DNA of 62,378 nucleotides, filler included, from Pirum gemmata (Eukaryota): NCBI GenBank assembly GCA_002812295.1. It is 21 parts of 21 records of this genome, joined end to end, with 100 filler letters (N's around TTAATTAATTAA, not from the genome) between each part and the next. Parts side by side here need not be neighbours in the genome. Positions count along the whole stretch, not along the records: positions 1 to 6,285 come from PDIN01005636.1; positions 6,386 to 9,572 come from PDIN01005638.1; positions 9,673 to 12,167 come from PDIN01005639.1; 18 more parts are not named here. One strand, 5' to 3'. Shown piece by piece: positions 1 to 12,167 of this stretch (position 1 is its first letter; each line of letters starts with the position of its first letter). The notes under the pieces were generated by a model. It saw only the letters and a program-made list of their open reading frames with translations, ran no database searches and was not told where the DNA came from. The position numbers and the translations under genes were made by a program.

Positions 1-718
1 AATAATAATAATAATAATAATACAAAAATTTGAAGCACTTATGTATATATGTATATAGACACTTTTTGCGACAAAGTGTAAAATTGTGCGAGTACTGGCA
101 CATATATTAATATTAATATAATATTAATATATTAATACATACAAAAACATTTTTAATTCAGCCTTATATTGATAACTAACTTTAAACCAACAACAACCTT
201 ATAATATAAATATTAATAGTTAATATATATACGTACACTAATAAAAACATTAATTAAAACATTAATTAATAAATGATAATAGTTATATTAAATAAATTAT
301 TAATACAACAACAATTAAAGCAGTTATAATAATAACAAAGTTAAGGTTATTAATCATAATGGAAATAATAGCAGCATCGACTCCCCCCCCCCTCTTATTA
401 CCACCGCCTTAAGCAAGCTTCCAATTCCTATTACTATCAACACTCAAACCCTAACTACAAAAACGTTATTAACCTCTAGACCCTATCTATAGTTAACCCT
501 AACTCTTATCCGACCACAATAACAAGCACAATAACAAGCACAACAATGTTATAATAACAGCAATAAAAACAACAACAATTAAACTTTATATATTAAGAAC
601 AACAACAGCAACAGCAACGTTACAACAGCAACAATTAATAATAAATTTAAAGGCATAACGACAAAACTTTAACCATAATATATATAATAACCGAAAATAT
701 TAATATTCATATATANAG

Positions 719-2003
719 ATCAAAAAGTTGAATTAAAAATCAACGGCAAATGGACTGAATTAAAAGAAAGGGACATGGTTGTTTCTTACAAAACTGAATT
801 ACAAAAAAAACGCTGGTTTAGTACTTTTAGAACTGAAGGCACAATCCAATGGAAATGCGGTAAGAAAGTCCAAACTGAAAACACAGGCTTAAGAACTGGT
901 AAAAAAAATGTAGAAGTGTTTACTATGTATGATAGAGAACAGGTTCGTTTTATTTTCCAAGATTATGACCCTGCTCATGAAAAGTCACCTCAAGCGTTAG
1001 GAGCCCACTATGCTAAACAATTTAACGATGGTATCAAACCAATTCAATGTTGTGCTGAGGCTGATTTAAGTAACCAAACCATGAGTGGACTTAACCTTCG
1101 CAATGTTGATTTCACTAATGCAAATTTGAATAATGTTAACTTTAAAAATAGTGATTTAACAGGAGCCTTATTCGAAAATGCTAATATGAATAAAACTATG
1201 TTTTCTCCTGGAATTGAACAAGATGGTCTTGAATTGCTTGAAAATATTATTGAGGGCCAAATTACAGAAACTGATTTGAAAGAAATCGAAAAGTTCGCTT
1301 CCTCGCATGGTTTAGGTCAACCAATCAAACAATTAGTTAAACTCGCTAAAACAATTAAAGCTGACACAGTATTAGCCAAAGCTGATAAATGGGTACAAAA
1401 GATGGCCAAAAGGGCAATGTTCTTGTCCATTCTTTCGGCGGTAGGTTCTCCAAAGTTCGTGGAGGGCTCAAAAATGGTCTTTAACGAAGTTGAGGCACAA
1501 CGCCCTTTTAAGTATGGAGATAAAGAAACAGAAAAGCTTGTCAATGGTTATATGAACATGATTGATCAGCAATCAGGTGTTAAGGGTTTATCCTCTGGGG
1601 TAATTGCCGGTGTCATTGTTACTGCAATGACTGCCTTAGTTGCGTCTGGTATTTATAACTTTGTGAAACTAACTTTACCTTACTTACCTGGGGTAATGCC
1701 TACGAATAGTATGACCTCTCGTTGTCGTTTTAATCGTGGTGTAAAGGTGTTGGTTAACGGAAAATGGGAGAAGGTTGAAAGTGGTAAGCGATTAACCACT
1801 TTTGTCGTACAAGAATCTAAAACAAATAAAAATGGTTTTAATGTTGTTCAATGGAAATGTGGATCTAGCAATCGAGTATACGATCAAACAACTATTATTA
1901 ATTCTAAAGGGTTAAACATCAATGTTGCGTATGATGGTAGTAAAGTGTTCTGGATGTTTTCGAAAAAATTGAATAAGTCTATTAATGTTGTATCAACAAC
2001 ACA

Positions 2004-2041
<38 letters not shown>

Positions 2042-2187
2042 ATGCAATAACCGCAACCGTAACCCCATCCCCATCCCCATCCCCATCCCCATCCCCAACC
2101 CCATCCCCAACCCCATCCCGATCCCGATCCCCATCCCGATCCCCATCCCGATCCCGATCCCCATCCCCATCCCCATCCAGAAAGTAA
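719..2187 (+). CDS. Pentapeptide-repeat protein with one hydrophobic segment, a duplicated ~80-aa unknown domain and a Thr/Pro-Ser tail (probably 5'-partial)
   Basis: 470-aa ORF from 775; the frame is open back to 691 with a candidate acceptor AG at 717-718. Pentapeptide run ADLSN-QTMSG-LNLRN-VDFTN-ANLNN-VNFKN-SDLTG-ALFEN-ANMNK at ~1060-1200. Hydrophobic GVIAGVIVTAMTALVASGIY. NGKW...QWKCG...YD motif occurs twice. Confidence 0.8.
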
Positions 2188-3357
2188 TAATGTTGAAAAA
2201 AGCTCAATTTGTTTTTGTTTTTGTCGTTATATAATATAAATAAGTCTATAAATACACCATCAACAACAGCAACAACAATAGAAACTGCTGCTGTTGATGT
2301 TGGTGATATCGATGTTGATTTTTTACCACCAGTTACTACTACTGTTAAATTTTAATGAAACAGAATCTGAGATTGATGTTGTTGATGTTAAATTTGAAAT
2401 TGTTGACTAAAATAATAATTAAATATTAAATACTAACGTTAAAACGTTGTTGAAAAAATTTCAACTTATTTTTGTATACATATTACCAGCCAAATATATA
2501 TTCAAACCGGCCAAATAAATAAAAAAACACACGTATTATTTCAAAAATGAAAAGTGCTAACTTTTAATACAATAATTATAAATCCATTTCAAATAATTTG
2601 GTATATTTTATTATTTATTTATATTTTATATAACCAATTACAGCCAAATAAATATTCAGAGTGGCCAAATAAAAAAAAACAAATGGCAAAAATACTTTAC
2701 AAATAACATAATTAATAAATTGCAAATATGACGCCACAAATCAGCCTCCTTCTTATAAAACTATAACAACCCCCCTATCTAACCAAAATTTAGGGTATCG
2801 ATATATGATTGTGACGTGCAGGGGGTATGGTGACGTATGTTGACGCTGAACACTATAACCCTTTTAAAAAACCGAAACAATTTGGTGGGTTATAACCTTT
2901 AAATTGATATTTTTCAATGATAAAATAGATAATAAAATATACCAAAATTTGTTACAATTATATTGAACAATTCGATATACAACCCAACTTTATAAAAGGG
3001 GCCAACTACTAGTGGAGCATGTAGAAAGTCAGGAAAAAACTTGAAATAAATAATAATAATAATATTAAATAATATCAAGTAATATTAAATAATATTAAAT
3101 AAAGAATAANNNNNNNNNNNNNNNNNNNNNNNNNNNNNNNNNNNNNNNNNNNNNNNNNNNNNNNNNNNNNNNNNNNNNNNNNNNNNNNNAATAATAATAA
3201 TAATAATAATAATAAGAACAATAAGAACACTGTGAATAATAAGAATTAAAAGCACCGTTCAAAAATTTCAAACCTACTAAATAACTATGAAAATACTTAC
3301 GTTCGAAAACTGAAAAAATCTAATAAAACCCAAAAGTTAATAATTGTTTTCACCATA

Positions 3358-3503
3358 GAGAGCGTTCAAATAATACGTAACGCCAATATCTGGTCAAGTA
3401 CAGCTTCAAATGCCCCTACCTACCTACCCCTTGACGTTAATTTCCTGGTCAAATACCACCTACCGACCTATCCCTTGACGTGACGTATTATTTGAATGCT
3501 TCC
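3358..3503. mobile_element. Harbinger-like MITE, family B
   Basis: TIR GAGCGTTCAAATAATACGT / ACGTATTATTTGAATGCTTC, flanked by ATA on both sides; homologues at 12629-12773 and 19479-19626. Confidence 0.8.
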
Positions 3504-4053
3504 ATAGCATTTAGTCTATTATTAATAGAAAAGGTTTTTAGAAAAATAATGACTACAGTTTTATTTGATATCATATGAGGGGGTTAGGGTTAGGGTCAGG
3601 GTATCATAGAGGGGGGAAAAAAGCAAATCAATCAATCATCAGTTTCACCCTCACGGATTTACCCTTTGGAGTCCTTTGGTAAAATTGGGTTTCTCTTTGG
3701 AACCTTCTTTGGAAAGTCATGACCAAATCTGAAAAGGTCAAAGTTGTCTTTAGAAAAGAAATAAATTGTAAGCTTGTCTTTAGAAATAATTGTATTATTA
3801 GCTAAATTGTACTACTATTGTACTGCCAATTTTTCTCAAATTTATTATTGTTTGTTTGTTGTCTTTAGAAATAATTGTAAGCTAATTAGCTAAATTGTAG
3901 TTTAAATTGTACTGCAAAATTTGTCTCAAATTTGTGATATTTTCTATTTTAGGGATTTTCTTATTATAGGATTTAACTAATTAGATTTCTTATTTCCTAA
4001 TAAATAAAAACTATTGAATATTATAAATTTTGATTTGTTGATGAAGTATATAT

Positions 4054-4285
4054 AGTAGGGGTGAGATATCTACTGGAACTTTTTTCGAACATATGCTTAT
4101 CGAGCCAACCTTAGTTCCGTGTTTCTTACTAATAATAGTAGTTAGATAGCTTAAAATAGTAAATTTTATTAAGTATATATCAATCAAAGTAATAATATTA
4201 ACATTAATAGTAATAAAAACCATAAAATCGGAAAAGTTCCGGCAGCTGTTCGGTAATAATAAAATGACGTCATCTCATCCCTACT
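4054..4285. mobile_element. MITE, family C
   Basis: TIR AGTAGGGGTGAGAT / ATCTCATCCCTACT; near-identical copies at 10681-11190 and 49272-49503. Confidence 0.85.
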
Positions 4286-4323
4286 CTAGAAGTACCAGTT
4301 GTTTTTTCAGACTACTGCTACTG

Positions 4324-4436
<113 letters not shown>

Positions 4437-4467
4437 GCTACTACTACTACTACTACTACGAGGGTCT

Positions 4468-4635
4468 ATCATGTTTTCCAACTAGTGTTGCCCAGTTCAA
4501 AAACTGAAATAAACGTAAACTATCAGACAAGTTTTAATATTAATTTAGTATTTTATACTTAATTAATATTGTATTTTATAAACAAGCTCAATTATACTCA
4601 TATATATAGTACCAAATAAAAAATTGAGAGGACAG
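4468..4635 (+). mobile_element. Dispersed repeat / MITE, family F
   Basis: Core AGTGTTGYCCAGTTCAAAAACTGAAA...TTGTATTTTATAAACAAG...ATTGAGAGG shared with 30135-30297, 33996-34178 (-) and 42016-42160. Confidence 0.7.
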
Positions 4636-4912
4636 CTAGAAGTCTAGAAAATTAGGTTTTCTTTTTTTGCTGATATTGCTGTAAACCATATTCAAACGGT
4701 GAAGGGTAATATAGCAAGTAATGGCGTATTATACATCCTTTTAGTAATGTTTACCATTAAATTTTTAATAATCGCATTTAAAGTGACATCATCCGATAGT
4801 AATAGAAGTAGTGGTCTAGAGATGGTAGTAGTCGTGGTGGTGATTTAGTAGTCTGTATGATACACGTAGTAGTACTAGCTAGTATTAATATAATATAAGC
4901 ATTATAATATAC

Positions 4913-5096
4913 AAAACTCAAAACTCAAAACTCAAAACTCAAAACTCAAAACTCAAAACTCAAACCTCAAACCTCAAAACTCAAAACTTAAAACTCAAAA
5001 CTCAAAACTCAAAGCTCAAAACACACAAACTCAAAATTCAAAACTCAAAACTCAAAACTCAAAACTCAAAACCCAAAACTCAAAACTCAAAACTCA
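4913..5096. repeat. (AAAACTC)n minisatellite
   Basis: Tandem 7-mer read directly. Confidence 0.95.
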
Positions 5097-6042
5097 TATT
5101 AATTAATATATATTATATAATTATGTATACGTTGTTAGGGTTGACTTCTTTTCTAAAAACCTTTAATGATAACAAGCCAAATAATATTTAAAAACTAGCA
5201 ATTGGTTCATAATAGAATTTTCTTAGTCAGACGATTTCTAAAACTTTGGTAGTGCTTTCATTAAAATTGAATCATTTTGAGATTTTTTTTTGAATTTTTG
5301 ATCCAGGGTAAAACAACAATAATAATAATATTAATAATAATATATTATAATAATAATTGACTCTTTTGTAAAATAATAATAATAATAATAAAAACCCACA
5401 GCACACGGTGACCCACTAATAAGGCAGTGTAGTTTATAATAANNNNNNNNNNNNNNNNNNNNNNNNNNNNNNNNNNNNNNNNNNNNNNNNNNNNNNNNNN
5501 NNNNNNNNNNNNNNNNNNNNNNNNNNNNNNNNNNNNNNNNNNNNNNNNNNNNNNNNNNNNNNNNNNNNNNNNNNNNNNNNNNNNNNNNNNNNNACTACTA
5601 CTACTACTACTACTACTGTATTAATACTAATACTAATAGTAATACTATAACACTACTACTAATAGTAATACTATAACACTACTAGTAGTTTTCTACTAGC
5701 AACAGCAAATACTATTACTGACATAGAGACTGAAATAGACTAATATACTACCCCCCCCCCCCCCCTCCCAGCTTAGAACTGAACAGTGGCCGATCACTTC
5801 ATAACCACTACTGGTAGTGGCAAATAGGAGAAAAGTAGAGGGATAGTAAACAATCACAATTATTATTATTACTATTTCATTATAAAATTTAATACTACTA
5901 TTATAAAAATATTATTTATTATTAATATAATATCATAAATAAATAATAAAATAAACTAGACAAAATTTTAAAATAAAAAAATAAAAAACAAAATAATCTA
6001 ACTAACTTCTAACTAGATAATCTAACTAAAGGATAGTGGGTC

Positions 6043-6251
6043 CCCATTCCCAATTAACCAACTCCCATGCATACTTCCCGTAGGTGACCGCCAGGGAGAT
6101 GTAAACATAGAACCCTAACCCTAACCCTAACCCTAACCCTAACCCTAACCCTATAGAACCTTATTAAGGGCCCCCATGCCCAATTTTAACCAACTCCCAT
6201 ACTACCCGTAGGTGACCGTCAGGGAGATGTAAACATAGAACCTTATTAAGG
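6043..6251. repeat. Tandem duplication whose first copy carries a (CCCTAA)n insertion
   Basis: Two copies of AACCAACTCCCAT...CCGTAGGTGACCG.CAGGGAGATGTAAACATAGAACCTTATTAAGG; 6115-6152 is telomeric repeat between ATAGAACC duplicates. Confidence 0.9.
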
Positions 6252-6285
6252 CGTTTAATAAGGGAAAGACAGGACCTGGGTGAGG

Positions 6286-6385
6286 NNNNNNNNNNNNNNN
6301 NNNNNNNNNNNNNNNNNNNNNNNNNNNNNTTAATTAATTAANNNNNNNNNNNNNNNNNNNNNNNNNNNNNNNNNNNNNNNNNNNN
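6286..6385. other. Artificial scaffold-concatenation linker (first of 20)
   Basis: N-run + TTAATTAATTAA + N-run, repeated at ~9573, 12168, 14831, 17513, 20162, 22804, 25486, 28166, 31686, 34367, 37021, 39686, 42299, 44955, 47609, 50272, 52896, 57166 and 59731. Confidence 0.98.
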
Positions 6386-6460
6386 CCGAACGGACATGTC
6401 CGTCGAAGGGCCGAACCGAACGAACACGGACAAGAAGGAAAGTCGGACCTGACATCACTG
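6386..6460. mobile_element. hAT-like transposon right end (truncated by scaffold edge)
   Basis: Ends TGACATCACTG, the reverse complement of CAGTGATGTCA at 9481; CGGAC subterminal motifs; followed by GCTACTAT. Confidence 0.75.
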
Positions 6461-6826
6461 GCTACTATCCTCTAGTCTATCATACTTAGCCTAGCATACT
6501 TAGCTAGCTAACTATGATAGCTATCGTAGGCTATCGTTGACCCTCTGCGTCGAGTCCGCGAGGTAGCCTACGGGCTATCGTAGCAAGTTAGCAGCAACCT
6601 CGGTTAGTCCTCGACTGCTGACTGACAGTTGACTTGACTCAGATTGAGCGCCACACGATTCACGAAAGAATCAGAAAGATAAGAGCCTATTAAGAGGCAG
6701 CTGCTGGGCTAACTAGAGTAGAGTACGACCGATTATTGGTTCAACGCATTTTTTAGATTTTTTAGGCATTTTCCAGCATTTTCCAAGTATTTTCCAGCTA
6801 TTTTTCCAGTATGTCTTTTTTTTTTC

Positions 6827-6872
<46 letters not shown>

Positions 6873-6875
6873 TTT

Positions 6876-7037
6876 TTAAAACACTTACTTTTTTCCGGGC
6901 CTAAAAATTAATGTATTTTTCTTTTAATTTTTTGAGTTAAAAATTATTTCATCCAATAGACTATTGGTATCAATGGATTCGTTTCGAAAAAGTAAATGAG
7001 AAAAGTGAAAGTTTCATTTCAATAGCTCGTTTAGTTC
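6876..7037. mobile_element. Dispersed repeat fragment (family G)
   Basis: Near-identical reverse complement of 41744-41905; both copies stop at an assembly gap at the same base. Confidence 0.8.
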
Positions 7038-7719
7038 NACTACTACTATTTACTAATACTACTACCGTTATAATTGTTGTTGTTGGTGCTGTTGTTGCTC
7101 TTGTTGTTTATTGTGTTTGTGTTTGTGATGATTGTGATTGTGATTGTGATTGTGATTGCTATATTATTTTTGTTTATATATTGATGTATTTAATTATATT
7201 GCTTGTTTCTTTGTAATAAATAGGCTTATGCGATTAGGAAAGCTTGGTCAAATTTTGAATTGCAATAATACTCAATTTCTAACATTTCTGGTTTTTTATT
7301 TTTCTTTTTATTTTTCTTTTTTTTTTATCATTATTATTGTTATCCGAAAAATATTAAAACTAACAATAGACAATTAACAATTAACAATTATTATTAACAA
7401 TTAACAATTAGCAATTAACAATAAACAATAAACAATAAATAATTAACAATTAACAATTAACAATTAACAATTAACAATTAACAATTAACAATTAACAATT
7501 TAAAATTTACAATATTTCACAATTAACAACTAACAATTGACGATTAACAATTAACAATTAACAATATTCATTATATTGAGCTATTCGGCATATTTAAAGT
7601 TTTGTAAATTTTCATATCGAGTTTTCAAATGAGCCACAATGGATATATAAATATATATATATATATTGTTTGTCTTTCTTTTTCTTTAACTAACTGTACC
7701 CCTCTTTTAAATGTTACAG

Positions 7720-7975
7720 ATGGATTTGCTAGACTACAACCCGGCTACTCGACCTACCCCATTAGAAATACTTAATCATCCTTTTATTTGTTTACAATTC
7801 CCTTTTAGTTTAGCCTTCCGTATGGTGACCAATAACGCTAGTCTTAATAATGGCAATGTCAACTTTGGTGGTGGTAGTAGTGGTGGCAATGTTATTTGTG
7901 ATGATAATAATAATAATAATAATAATAATGAGAATGATAATGATAATGATAATGATAATGATAATGATAATGATA

Positions 7976-8010
<35 letters not shown>

Positions 8011-8313
8011 TTTAGTAATTTTAGTAACATATATAGTATGAATAATTATAATCATAATATGGGTAATGATAATAGTAGTATTAATAATAGTAATAATAAC
8101 AATCATCCTACCAATCTTATCTATTCAAACAATAGTGATGGTGGTGGTGGTGGTAGTAGTGGTAATAGTAGTAGCAGTAGTAGTAGTAGTAGTAATTATA
8201 ACATTGATTTTGAAAATGGTATTAGTAATATCAAAAAAGAAAACTTCCACAAACACAGCAACACATTTGTTAAAACCCAAAATAAGTGTGGAATTAAAAA
8301 ATTTTGTTTTTGA
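7720..8313 (+). CDS. Protein kinase, last exon (subdomain XI plus Asn/Asp/Ser-rich tail)
   Basis: MDLLDYNPATRPTPLEILNHPF matches the CMGC-type subdomain XI pattern; acceptor TACAG at 7715-7719 with CTAAC branch site near 7690. Confidence 0.7.
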
Positions 8314-9480
8314 AGATGTTCAAGAATTACAATTTTTCTCCTTCATTTTACATCTAATTTATCTTATAAATAAATAATACTTAAAAATTATCCCGCTGGA
8401 CGGCGCTGGTTGGTAATAATTTGTTGTCGCTCTTTACTCTAGAGATTTACTTGACACAGTAATCTGATTTTGACATATTTGGGTTAGGGTTAGGGTTTGG
8501 ATTAGCTAGTTTGGAAATCAGGCTTGCAAGTAGTTTGGATGGGACCGATGGGTAATCATACTGTAATCATGGGTTAGTGACTTAGTGTTAGGGATAGGGC
8601 GAGTAGACTAGGCGAGTAGACTAGTCTACCTACTACTACCCTATTAAATAATGTTGCAGATCTTCAGACATGCAACTAGTCTATTAGGTAGTCTATGCTC
8701 TATACTCACACTATAGTTAGTCTAATAACATGTAGACGACAGATCATGAACTTATTTAATAATCGTTTATTATTATTTTTAAAATGACTTCATATACCAA
8801 TGTTGGTTGCACGTGAGAACGAGAACTTCAAGATCGGTAGAATCTACCATCGATAACTACTATTGATACTACTAGTCTACTAGCTAGCTCTAGCTAGCTA
8901 GAGTGAGCAGGGTAATAATCTACTCTAGAGCTATTGATATCATGATATCGATAATATCCTTGTGATAATATCATCTGTAGCCTAGCTAGCTATGATAGCT
9001 ATCATACTAGCTAGACTATAGGGACGATAGTCACGACAGACTCATGAAATGAGCATGAAATGACACGGATAATAAATATGAATTATATGAATATGATATA
9101 CAGTGTACTACATATGAATAGGCCTATATGAATAGACTATCTGCTATGATATATGAATAGCTATATGAATCGATATGATTGCACAACAAGGAATTCAAAA
9201 AAAAAATTTTTTTTTTTTTTTTGAATTCCTTGACAACGGAGCTATGTACTAGCTACTAGTAGCTAGTATGTATGATAGTGTCAACTTACTGTCAACTTCC
9301 AGGGAACGTTGAATGCACGGACCACCTCACTCTAGCTAGCTAGCTACTAGCTAGCTAGTAGTGGTTGCGCAACCAAAAGTCTTCAGAACTGATACGATAC
9401 GCTAGCTAGCTAAGTTCTAGATATCATTGATAGACTGAAAGTCTGTAGTTTCCAAAGTCGTCAACAGCCACAGCTACTAT

Positions 9481-9572
9481 CAGTGATGTCAACGTCCGCC
9501 CGACAAAGCACTTTTTCAGTGTTCGTCCGGCTTCGGACATGTCCGAGAAACTTTACGGACGCCCGGGCATCT
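9481..9572. mobile_element. hAT-like transposon left end (truncated by scaffold edge)
   Basis: Starts CAGTGATGTCA, preceded by GCTACTAT (9473-9480); GTCCG/CGGAC subterminal repeats. Confidence 0.75.
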
Positions 9573-10170
9573 NNNNNNNNNNNNNNNNNNNNNNNNNNNN
9601 NNNNNNNNNNNNNNNNTTAATTAATTAANNNNNNNNNNNNNNNNNNNNNNNNNNNNNNNNNNNNNNNNNNNNATTATTATTATTATTATTATTATTATTA
9701 CAATAACAATAATAACAAATATAAATAGCGTAATGATAAGAAATGTAGTTTTTAATTCAAGCGTAATAATTAGTAATATCGTCTGTTGGTCAAAGGTAGC
9801 CAATTTTAAAGAAGGAGTAATATATGGTATTAATACTTTAAAACTTTACACCATATTACTCTTAAAGAAGTTAATTTAACGATGCTATTTGGTAAAACTT
9901 TAACATTAACACAATACAATTTTTCTAAAGAAGTTAAATTACCAATAATTTCTGGTAAAACTTCAACGTCGTTACAATATAATTCTTTTAAAAAGAAGTT
10001 AAATTACCAATACTATTTGGTAAAACAACTACCCAATGACAACGTATTATTCTTAAAGAACTCAAATTTACCAATATTTTCTGGTAAAAACTTTTTACAA
10101 CTATTAATTTTTTTTAAAGAAGTTAAATTGTCAGTATCACATCTGGTAAAATTTCAGCACCGCAACTTTG

Positions 10171-10387
10171 TTGTAATAATAATAAATTATATTATTATAA
10201 TAAAGAAATAGGTATAAATAGAGGTAATAACGTTGTTGTTGTCGTTATTTATGCTTTTAAACTGCTAAATTGATATTATTTTACAACATTTGTTTAATTA
10301 AAAGCATAAATAAAGACAACAACAACGTTATTACCTCTATTTATATTATACCTATTTCTTTATTAATATAATTTATTATTATTACAA
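10171..10387. mobile_element. Foldback element with ~90-bp inverted arms
   Basis: 10171-10260 is the reverse complement of 10298-10387 (shared AAATAGAGGTAATAACGTTGTTGTTGTC); extra partial arm at ~10411-10462. Confidence 0.85.
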
Positions 10388-10680
10388 AATAATATTGTAT
10401 TAATATCATATTACCTTTATTTATACCTATTTCTTTATTAATATAATTTATTATTATTACAATTATCATATGTTTTGGGGTAACATACGAATTATAACAA
10501 CAAGCTCCTTTTACTTCTAAAGAAGTTAAATTGCTTATACTATCTGGTAAAACTTCAACTTTACTACACCCCAATACTTTTAACTTTCTTAAATTACCTA
10601 TACTATTTGGTAGAACTTTAACATATTTAAACTATATTTAACATGAAATTCTTCTAAAAAACTTAAATTACCTATATTGT

Positions 10681-11190
10681 AGTAGGGGTGAGAAATCTAC
10701 TGGAACTTTTTTCGAACAGATGCTTATCGAGCCAACCTTAGTTCCGAGTTCCTTACTAATAATAGAAGTTAAATAGCTTAAAATAGTAAATATAATTATA
10801 GTAGATACCAATTAAAGTAATAATATTAACATTAATAGTAATAAAAACCATAAAATCGGAAAAGTNNNNNNNNNNNNNNNNNNNNNNNNNNNNNNNNNNN
10901 NNNNNNNNNNNNNNNNNNNNNNNNNNNNNNNNNNNNNNNNNNNNNNNNNNNNNNNNNNNNNNNNNNNNGATATCTACTGGAACTTTTTTCGAACAGATGC
11001 TTATCGAGCCAACCTTAGTTCCGTGTTCCTTACTAATAATAGCAGTTAAATAGCTTAAAATGGTAAATCTAATTATAGTAGTTACCAATTAAAGTAATAA
11101 TATTAACATTAATAGTAATAAAAGCCATAAACTCGGAAAAGTTCCGGCAGCTGTTCGATAATAATAAAATGACGTCATCTCACCCTTACT
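10681..11190. mobile_element. MITE family C, two partial copies across an N gap, inside the LRR pseudogene
   Basis: Left TIR at 10681, right TIR ending at 11190; the two halves overlap in sequence and differ at several bases. Confidence 0.8.
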
Positions 11191-11461
11191 AATTAACTAT
11201 ACTATCTTGTAAAACTGTAACATTATTGCATCTTAAATGTTTTAAAAAAATTAAATTACCTATACTATCTGGTAAAACTGAAATAGTAGAGTAGTTGTTT
11301 CGTAATTTTTCTAAAGAAGTTAAATTATCTATACTATCTGATAGCACATTACATTCTAATACTTTTAACTTTTTTAAATTACCTATACTATTTGGCAGAA
11401 CTTTGACACCATTACAATATAATTCCTCTAAAGAATTCAAATTGCCTATACCACTTGGCAA

Positions 11462-11608
11462 AACCCTAACCCTACCCCTAACCCTAACCCTAACCCTAAC
11501 CTTAACCCTAACCCTAACCCTAACCCTAACCCTAACCCTAACCCTAACCCTAACCCTAACCCTAACCCTAACCCTAACCCTAACCCTAACCCTAACCCTA
11601 ACCCCTAA
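11462..11608. repeat. Interstitial telomeric (CCCTAA)n array inside LRR coding sequence
   Basis: About 24 units, flanked on both sides by LRR codons. Confidence 0.95.
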
Positions 11609-12077
11609 CACCATTGCATTTCAATACTTGTAAAGAAGTTGTAAATTACATATACCACTTGGCAAAACTTCAACATTATAGCATTTCAATACTTTTAAAA
11701 AAGTTAAATTACATACTATCTGGTAAAACTTTAATAGTATTTCTCCAAGACAATTGCAAACTTTGTAATGAAGTAAAATTCACAACAGAAGAATAATTAG
11801 CATTGTGTAATTTTCGTAACATTAAAAATTGTACATGTTGACACACTAAAGTTTTACTTCGTTTATCAACTAATAATAAATTATAAATATCTTTAGAAGA
11901 CCAAATATTACATTTTAATATTAGAATATAAGTAGTTAGGGTTAGGGTTAGGGTTAGGGTTAGGGTTAGGGTTATTTGAAAAAACACTACTGAAAAAAAT
12001 CGAATGTCGTATTTATTTTTAAACATTCCAACATATACTTTGTTGTATAAATATCGAAAAAAACAAAAATAAAATAA

Positions 12078-12167
12078 AATTCGAGTCCATCAAAATTCGA
12101 GTCAATCAAAATTCGAGTCAATCAAAATTCGAGTCAATCAAAATTCGAGTCAATCAAAATTCGAGTC
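12078..12167. repeat. 17-bp tandem repeat (AAAATTCGAGTCAATCA)n
   Basis: At least five copies up to the scaffold edge. Confidence 0.9.

Larger units (their letters stand above)
9830..12026 (-). pseudogene. F-box-like/leucine-rich repeat pseudogene
   Basis: Many VLPDSIGNLxxLxxLxC LRR units in shifting frames; N-terminal ILKCNIWSSKDIYNLLLVDKR is F-box-like; disrupted by frameshifts, MITEs, a foldback and two telomeric arrays. Confidence 0.8.

Noticed and set aside
11462..11608. Telomeric array as a spliceable intron that rescues the LRR gene
   Set aside because: No pyrimidine tract on the sense strand, and the gene has independent frameshifts and MITE insertions.
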